Positions 36,449 through 44,494 of a stretch of DNA of 44,494 nt are shown piece after piece. The stretch lies in assembly GCA_904063045.1 (NCBI GenBank), contig CAJFCJ010000093.1:18629-63122 (forward strand), read 5' to 3'. The notes below the pieces were generated by a model, which worked only from the letters and a program-made list of their open reading frames with translations, did not search any database and had not been told where the DNA came from. Source of the DNA: Dimorphilus gyrociliatus. Lineage: Eukaryota; Animalia; Annelida. How positions within the stretch are numbered: the stretch's first letter is position 1; each line of letters opens with the position of its first letter. The position numbers and the translations under genes are program-made.

Positions 36449-37015
36449 TTAATAAGTTTCTCTAGTATTTTTATTTGATGTCCTTGTTACATATATTATA
36501 ATTCCGCTAAGAGCACCAATCAATATTCCAATAATAATTGAAACAATGGCAAGGGATTTTGCAGAAGAAGCTCTTGCTTTTGCTTCCTGATAATTTCCTT
36601 CTTCTTTTGCTCTTCTGCTTGCCATGCTTAGACTTAATGCCACTAATCCAGTAAGCAAACAGAAAAATAGAGAAATTATACTCCAAATCTGTAACAACAA
36701 AGAGAAGAGAAAGATTTTTTTAAAAAGATATCATTACAAAATAAAAATTTGGAAATATTTGTTTTTTCTTACCAAATTATCGGGAACATAAGGTTGTTGA
36801 ACTACAACTGCTCTTTGTGGTTGATAGAAAACAACTGCGTCATTAACGTTGGGAACAGAAGCAGTATATGGTGGAGGAGAAATCCATTCGACTCTATTCT
36901 CACTTTGATCAGAGAAAACAATTTCTTCATTAATTTTCGACTGTTCACATTGCAATTTGCCTTTTGATGGAAACTTTTGTGATAAATCCATTTGATCAGT
37001 ATTGATATTATTCAT
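36449..37015 (-). CDS. CD225/dispanin membrane protein, copy 2
   Basis: Mirror of 22994-23560; identical ORF translations. Confidence 0.88.
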
Positions 37016-39702
37016 ATTAATCCAAAATTAAGATTTTATAGTTGAAAAAAATAAAGATTTTGAACTGGATTGGAATGAAGAGATAAAATTAGCACTAATT
37101 TTTAAAGTTAAAGAATTTATATATATATACAGTATATCTAAATCATTACTGAAAAATTTCCCCCTTTCTAATATATTCTAATTTATTCAAATGACATTTG
37201 GAGGAAATGAATCATCTTATAGAATATCAAAATAGAAATTCCCTCTTTCAAGTACACTTGTTTGATATTTTTTTTTTATTATAGAAAGTTCAGAACGTAT
37301 AACAATAAAGCAGGAATGTTTCATAAGGTTTCTACGCTTCTGGGAAATATCCAAAAGTCCCTAACCCTATATGTCTGATTGACTAAATTCTGACCTAGTT
37401 TTCATCAATGTCATTTTTTTTATAAGGTCACCAATTAAAAAATATGGACAATGTCAATTATGATAGGTAGATATAGGCAGGATAAAAAAGGTGTATAAAG
37501 AAACTGAAAAGAAACACGGAAACGATGACAGGACGAAAGATTCTAAAGGAATTAGATGTAGGAGTAACAATTCGGAATCGGCTGAAAAGAAAGAAAGAAA
37601 ACAATACCGTGTCTTCAAATAATCAGTGACAATCTGGTGTAATTTTTACTAACAAGTACTGACGACTACAGTTGGGAGAAAAGTTTTGTTCTCATCGAAA
37701 AACCAAAATCAACGGAAAGAATGCTGGTCAAAACTCAATACTATTTAATATGAATGCTTAACAATAGCAATGTTGTTTTTTTTTGTTTGCTGCGCAAAGG
37801 AGAATAAGACCAATGTAATGTTAATGTGGTTTACATTGCACCATGATTGTTGAACCCAAATAATTCCTAAAGATAAATGTGACAATTTGTCAATTGTAAA
37901 GTGATGATTGGATATTAGAGGCAAACCTTAAAGTATTCAAACACTCACTGATCTTTCTCAATCTAATTATTGTGGGAAGACCACCTGGAAAACAATCTCA
38001 GATGAGATTAGCCTTCTACACTCTATTGTTGGATTCTATTTGTTTGCTAATTTGGCAACCTGCTATTATGAACTATCTACTTCGATATTAAACTTAAATT
38101 AATTAAACATTATTAACAACACAACTGGTTGGATTTTCTACTGTTAATTTTTACTTTCTCTTTCTATTTGATCAAATGCTAGACAAGGGAGAAAGGTGAA
38201 GGATTTAATTATCTAAAATCAAATGGGAAGTTGACTGATTAAGTTATATATCTGGTTATTAGAAATAACAACAAATCATTAAATGCTTTTTTCCTCCCAA
38301 GTATTTCTCAACCCAAACTGCTGCCTTTAAATGTCCTACTTGGGTCTGTTTTCTGTTTATTCCCACTGGAGTGTAAAATTTCTACTTTTACTACATGACA
38401 CAATGAACACTCAAGCAGGGTATAAAAGGGAATGAATGCAACAGAACGGTGTCAGAGAAACAAAGGATTACAAAATAAAATTGAAACGAAATTATCAAGT
38501 AATATAAGTGTAATATCAATTAGAAATATGTGTCATTGCATGTTCTAATCCTTTTTCAGTAGTTTTAGTTTTCAGAGAGTCCAACAGGTGGCGTTGTAGA
38601 TGTTTGTATAAAAAATTTTCTATTGTTTTGCTAATCAAACCAAATTTGTTAAAATAAGTATAAAAGTAAAAGAAAATACTAGTTGATCCAAATTTCCAGT
38701 ATTACCACATCAATTTTTCACAAATGCTGTAGACGTGTCAGAGCCATTGTAAATTGCTGCAAAATCATCTGTACAGTTTCAAAATTTCCCCAAATCTGTT
38801 GAAATTACTTTTACAAAGAAATATTGTTTCTCAGAATGTTGGATAACTTTTTATTTATTCTCATAAATCTATTTCAGTAAAGACCAAGGGATATTCAAGT
38901 CAATTAATAACCTTTGCGCCACATAATTCTCTTAACTATATACATTTTCTTTTTTCCCTATATGGATATTTTTGTCCAGGATTGTATTTTATACAATAGG
39001 ACGCAAAGTAATCTCTACACAATGCAATGGTTTTCTAATCAACTTTGCTTTGTCCAGTGTGTATTTTGAAGGTAAATTCTATGACAAAAAGGTGATTGAC
39101 ACAACTTGAAGTTATATATGGACCTTTGGTCCAGGTATAGGACTAGGTTTGTCAGGTTGTAGGTTTAGCTTGCATTTATCTTTGTACCGTTTGGTCCTCT
39201 TATGTGCACAAAATACTAACATTAAGAATGGATTCAGTTCTAAATAACACCAGTGTATTAATGAAAGTCCAGAGTTTTGCCAATACTGAGTACATCAATT
39301 CCAATCTTGTTTTTTCGCCAATTGCATTGTAACTCCAGTTATCATTGTCAAATATTTAAATTTTTACTGTTGTGTACTGGTTGGCACTGATAGAGAGAGA
39401 TATGGTTGATTTTTACTGGCCATTTTCTAATGTGATAACTGTATAATGGGTCTATCTATGTAATAAATATCTCTCTAAAAATATGCCATTATTTAAGCTT
39501 TTAAATATTAGTATATCACTATTTGTAAATAATTTATACAAAATATTCTCTTAGAATCTAAAAATACAATTTTTATTTGATTTTTCAAAGTACAAATACA
39601 AAAAAAAATCAAATTATTTATATAAATGAGTATAATCTATCTCTAGCTGTAATATTTTTTGCTTTTGTTTTTCTCTAGTTATCTTCTTTTCCAAATAAAC
39701 TT

Positions 39703-40053
39703 CTATTTACCTAGAACAAAAAAGATTTGAATATACAAATATTGTATTGTTTATTATATTAGAAAAAAGAGAAATGATATCTTACTTGTAAATACATATT
39801 TGACTAAGAATATAATTACAATTGAAGCTATAATAAGTCCTCCAAGAATACCACTTAATATTTTTCTATGTATCTTTTTTAGTTTGCATGTCTCTTTATT
39901 CTGTTGATTAGAATGAGGAAGATGTACAACTTCAGCTGGAGCAGCATCCTGATTAGCAGCAGGCATAGGAACAGTATAAGCAGTAGGAGGAGGAGCACAA
40001 TTCATAGAATTGCATGCTTCACTATATGAAGGTGGTGGTCCTCTATCATTCAT
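39703..40053 (-). CDS. Small PPxY single-pass membrane protein, copy 2
   Basis: Mirror copy; differs by a synonymous Pro codon (CCC vs CCT). Confidence 0.65.
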
Positions 40054-40415
40054 AACAGAATATATTTGTATTTTTTCCAAAATAGTATTCTTTTGACTAT
40101 ATAATACTGTATATCTATTGTTCAAATAGAGCTTTGAAAAACAATATCAGCATTTAGTTATTTTTTATCTATATAATAAAAATATCAAACATGGAAACTC
40201 TGAATAATAAATGCGCATTATAAATATCTTCAATAAAAATTTTTTACTGTCATTTCCATTAGTTACATCACAAAAATATAATATAAAGTTATTACAAAGA
40301 TATAGTAGGCCTAAATTTAGTAATGTTTTTCAACTCAAATTTAGATAAAAACATATAAAGAGGACGAATATGTTATTCTACTTTCACAATTGGTTTTGCT
40401 AGAAAATGGTATAAA

Positions 40416-41837
40416 TATAAAGTAAATGACACGTATATTGGATCACCTCAAATTTTGATAGGCAAAATAGTTTAAGTTCGAATTTTATATAAATTTCTTT
40501 CAAAAAGCATTTAGGTAAGTTTTTACATATTTTTTTTATGAAAATTACTATTGTTTTATGATATTTTTCTTATTTGGCCAAATGACATGACTATTGGATT
40601 ACAATCTTTTTAGTTAATTTTTTGTCTATTTTTGAATGTGCTGACCCTCTCTTTCAATACATTTGCTTATCCTATGACCCATTCCATCATACAAATTTGG
40701 AAGGAACTCCAGATTCTTCTTTATAAGCTCATAGCAGCACTTCTTAATTTTTTCCCACAATTCACCCTCTGACTTGCATTGTGGCCCATTGTAGACCATT
40801 GTTTTTGTTAGGTGCCACATATTCTCGATTGGGCTCAGGTCAGGGCTCTTTGCGGGGCAATCAATGGTCTTGATTTCATTCTTCTTAAAGGCCCTTTCTG
40901 TTGCTCTTGCTGTATGACAGCCAACATTATCATGCTGGAAGATGTACTTCCTGCCCATTTTTGATCCAATCTCTTCTATAACAGAAACAACATCTTCCAC
41001 AATGAAGGAGCTATAAATTTCTGCATTTAATCATTTCTTTATCCTCCATACTTCGAATATGCCATCAGAGGTTATTAACCCCACACAAATACTCCTCCTC
41101 TCTCCATATTTTTCATCACCCTAAAGTCCTTTTCAGCATTGTTAGTCCATGTTCTAAAGTCATCAGGTCCACTTAGCAAGAATCTGGCCTCATCAGTAAA
41201 AATTACTCTAGACCAGTCCAGATTTTTGCTAATCATTTTGAGACAATATTCTTTTCTCCATTTACAGTCTTTAGAGGTAAGATCTGTTCTTTGCCTGATT
41301 CTTTTATATTTGAAATTTTGCCTTTTAGCTCCCTCTGAATGATTCTAAGGCTGACATCTACTTCTAATTCTTTCAAAACCATGGCTGCTGTCACCCTTTC
41401 CTTATCATCTTTCAGCTTTTCTTGATGATCCTTTTCATCTTGGCTATCTCTCTGTCCAAAGCTTCTTTAAACTTTTAACCCTATTGTCTTGCTCTGGCTC
41501 TTTATAGTTTATGATGTTTCTTATTGATGTTGGTGCCATTCCTAAAACTGTTGCTGTTGCTGTTAATTTCCCTATTTCTCTATATTTTCTGATTACAAGA
41601 TCCCTACTATCTTTGCTCCACACCATTATTAAAGAAAATACAAAAAAAAATTATACACTGTAATTGACAAAGTCTATAACTAAGAAACTTAACTAAAAAA
41701 AGCAAATAAGTTGGAGAAAAATTTGTTTGAGATGTCTATTTAAATGCCAAACGGGATGTCAAGTAAATTATACCATAAATTACAAATTGGCCTATCAAAA
41801 TTCGAGGTGTTCCTATATACGTGTCATTCACTTTATA
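40416..41837 (-). mobile_element. Decayed Tc1 (DD34E) transposon with ~48-bp inverted termini
   Basis: IRs at 40416-40463 and 41790-41837; ORF remnants MVWSKDSRDLVIRKY... and HDNVGCH...SPDLSPIENMW (34 aa between D and E). Confidence 0.85.
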
Positions 41838-41881
41838 AATATGCAACTCAAGATAAATTTATTAAAGAGGATTTTACACCA

Positions 41882-42150
41882 TCACTCATAATTCGTTTCC
41901 CATTTGTTTGTATTGAGAAATAAATTAATGTTTTCTGTTGATGAGAACCATTTAAATATTTCTCCTGGAAATTTAGCTTGCTCATTATTAAAGTCACAAG
42001 ATTTAAGCCTTATCTGCTTTAAAGTGTTTGAAGAAGACTTGAATTCATCACATATCATGTTAAATCCATTTTCTTTACTTTTGTTGTTGGACAGATCAAT
42101 CCTTTCTAATGAGGAGAAATGTTTAAATGTTATGTGGATACAACAAAAAA
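41882..42150 (-). pseudogene. RI/NLR-type leucine-rich-repeat fragment
   Basis: SSLERIDLSNNKSKENGFNMICDEFKSSSNTLKQIRLKSCDFNNEQAKFPGEIFKWFSSTENINL. Confidence 0.65.
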
Positions 42151-42284
42151 TGTCATATATTGGAAAAAGATTTTTGCAAAATGCATCGCCTTTTTCTTTT
42201 ATAAATATATAAGAATATCTCATCATCACCTAAAAAATACTGAAAATGGCTAAGGCAGTAGAAAAACTGATGTGTTCAGATGCG

Positions 42285-42470
42285 AGCATAGGTGGTCATT
42301 GTGCCCTCGCCCACCATAGAGTACTGATTTGTCCCCCTCTGACTATTATTTCTTTGGGAGATTGAAAGGCAATATCAGAGGTGAACACTATGAAAAACTT
42401 TTATTAGAATGGCATCAATCTAATACTAAGCAAATGGCAGGCTTGCATAGAGGAAGGAGGGGTCTATTAG
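42285..42470 (+). mobile_element. Mariner C-terminal relic
   Basis: STDLSPSDYYFFGRLKG...KWQACIEEGG; same family as 31790-32072. Confidence 0.75.
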
Positions 42471-42679
42471 AAAAAAACAGATGATGTAGTTGTTTATGTG
42501 GCCCAGGGAAATCGAGGCTACTTTTTGGCGTCTTCTTCTTGTCTCTCTTCCTCTTCCAGGGTGTCAATTCCCAGAGTAGAATTGACAGCAGCAATAAGTC
42601 CAACGAAATTCATTAAATTGTAAAATCATCTTGCCAGATGTCTATCAAAGTTTTAGCAGGCAAGCAAATTTATCCTCAA

Positions 42680-42925
42680 AAAGGCCTTTAAAGAGAACAG
42701 CATCGAGCCCATTGATTGGCCAGCAAGGAGCTCCGACCTAAGCCCAATTGAGAATATATAGCACCTAACAATAACAATGGTCTACAATGGCCCACAGTTC
42801 AAGTCAGAGGATGAACTGTGGGATAAAATTAAGAAGTGTTGCTCTGAGGTTATCAAGAAGAATCCACATTTGCTGCCAAGTTTGTATGATGGAAAGGGCC
42901 ATAGAATAAGCAACTGCATGGGTGA
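42680..42925 (+). mobile_element. Tc1 C-terminal relic, inverted relative to 40626-41000
   Basis: AFKENSIEPIDWPARSSDLSPIENI*HLT..MVYNGPQFKSEDELWDKIKKCC. Confidence 0.8.
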
Positions 42926-43214
42926 GAAAAAATACAAAAAAAAGAATTAATATAAAAGACTCTGTTTTCCATTAATCATGGTGAGTGGTCAAATAAGAAA
43001 AGACATCATAAAACATAGAAATAATGACATAATTCTATTTAGACTTTAGATATAATAGAACTTTAGAAAGACTTTTATTTCGTCGATTTAGCTTTCAGCA
43101 CTTTAAAAAGAATTCTATTTCATAAGAAATAGACTCTTGTACCGATGGTGGCTACTATTCATAAATATATTATTCATTTTCATTTTTCTTCATTTCTTTT
43201 GGAGTGCAACAGAT

Positions 43215-43737
43215 TCAAATTTAAGGTTCAAAAAGGCCAATGTAAGACTGTGTTGCAATAAAATATGTACTTAAAAGTATTTTGCATGACTGAATCACAC
43301 TTTCACCATTCATTTGTTTTAAGGTAAACAGTTTCTCTTGATACTCTATAGGATCAAGATCAAATTCGTCATGAAGCGCTTTCCATATTTATTCTACAGT
43401 AGGCTCTTCATCAAGAGCTAACACCAAGTCTCCTGCAGGACTCGTTAAATAATCTAAAAGATTTGCTTTCACAGCATCTTCACAAACCTCACCATAAGCA
43501 TGACATGCCTTATTAAAGTCTTCCTTGAATTTTGAACACTTTTTGCTTCTATCATACAACTTGAGGATAGTTCTTTGAGGGTGGTCCCAAGCAGCCCTTA
43601 ATGTTTGAATTACTGTTATGATATCAACATTCGGGTTATGTGCTGGGTGAGGTGATCCATTTCCAAAATCTGGTGGAACTGTGATTCTATTTCTATCCAT
43701 TTCACTCACCAATCTATCATAATCTTCAATTAATCTT
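43215..43737 (-). pseudogene. LTR-retrotransposon Gag-like relic
   Basis: KFKEDFNKACHAYG...KANLLDYLTSPAGDLVLAL...VE*IWKALHDEF...EKLFTLKQMNGESV: retrotransposon-gag-like LxQxxxESV motif read through one TAA. Confidence 0.6.
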
Positions 43738-43846
43738 TGTACTTTGTTGTATTGTAATTGTAGGAATTTCTGCTTCTTCAGAACAGTATTTGTCCCTTTC
43801 AATCATTTATCAAATTACCAAAGTACTCACACAAATAGAACCTTTC
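43738..43846 (-). repeat. Dispersed repeat family A copy, abutting the Gag relic
   Basis: Begins tgtactttgttgtattgtaattgtaggaatttc; supplies the first ~20 aa of the 43389-43802 ORF. Confidence 0.8.
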
Positions 43847-44259
43847 CAGTTCATCAACATTGAATAAGATGTAATAACTTTGACATCCATCCTTTCCCAT
43901 TTTCTTTGTCCCGTTGTTAATTCCCAAGTAGCCACCATCTGTTATGGTAAAGGAATCTATTTCCTACGAAATAAAAGTCTTTCTAAAGTTCCACCATTAT
44001 AATGTCATTCAACGTGTCACGTAATTGATATCATGTTGTATATGAACAGTCAGACTCATGTGAAATCGTGACGAATGGGTGGCAATTAGTAATTAGATTT
44101 TCCCCTAAATCATCATCTTGAATATTTCTCTATATAAGTCAGTGTAAGTCAGTGTAAAGTGAAAATATTACGTTTTTTTTAACACATGTCAAAGAAGTAA
44201 GTTCTGTCTTTTTGAGTTTTTTGTCTTTTTGAATTTTGAAGTCAACTTCTTCATTTCAG

Positions 44260-44494
44260 AAATACAAATGATTCAGCTGTTTCATCAAATGAACAAGCAA
44301 CCGCTTTTTATGAAGTTGTGAGTATTTTGGAATGCAAAATTTGCTGTAGTAATTTAGCTAATACTTTACTTTTACCTTGTTGTCATGTGATAACTTGTAA
44401 ACAATGTATATTGAATCTTTCAAAACCTGAGTGCCCCTCTTGCAGAGGTGTGATTAGAGGATATGTGATTCTCAAAACAGATTTGGATAACTAA
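44260..44494 (+). CDS. Terminal exon of a RING-HC (C3HC4, IAP/Mahogunin-type) E3 ligase gene, partial
   Basis: After ttcAG (44258-44259): ...ECKICCSNLANTLLLPCCHVITCKQCILNLSKPECPSCRGVIRGYVILKTDLDN*; stop at 44492-44494. Upstream exons unresolved. Confidence 0.75.

Larger units (their letters stand above)
32713..40342. repeat. Right arm of giant inverted duplication (~7630 bp)
   Basis: Reverse complement of 19666-27296. Differences seen in spot checks: a substitution at 20018/39991 and a 1-bp homopolymer indel near the outer end. Confidence 0.97.

Noticed and set aside
19666-40342. Single giant transposon with 7.6-kb TIRs
   Set aside because: No TSD, no terminal motif and no intact transposase in the spacer; the inner end cuts through a mariner, which fits a segmental duplication.
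1-44494. rRNA or tRNA genes; prokaryotic operons
   Set aside because: No such motifs were seen; spliceosomal introns and animal gene families indicate nuclear animal DNA.

Overview
AT-rich eukaryotic (animal) genomic DNA with very short GT-AG introns (about 45-85 bp). The intron sizes and gene content suggest a compact-genome lophotrochozoan, such as a meiofaunal annelid of the Dimorphilus type; this is inference only. Main contents: (1) an intact 5-exon gene at 542-1439 (-), absent from the ORF track, encoding a 217-aa secreted acetylcholine-binding-protein (AChBP)-like protein, i.e. a nicotinic receptor ligand-binding domain with no channel; (2) a ~20.7-kb palindrome with ~7.63-kb near-identical inverted arms (19666-27296 and 32713-40342) and a 5.4-kb spacer, duplicating a CD225/dispanin gene and a small PPxY single-pass membrane gene, closely flanked by Tc1 elements, with its inner junction inside a mariner; (3) two intact multi-exon secreted modular genes (discoidin-like x2 + FAMeT-like; PAN + trefoil-like + PAN x2); (4) three intron-containing Mutator/Phantom-like elements encoding PHD-FLYWCH-MULE transposases; (5) many Tc1 and mariner copies or relics, NACHT and LRR (NLR-like) relics, an LDLa pseudogene, a Gag relic and a RING-finger terminal exon at the right edge. 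No rRNA, tRNA or CRISPR array is supported. Gene models were spliced by hand and checked for frame; domain calls come from motif recognition, not database searches.
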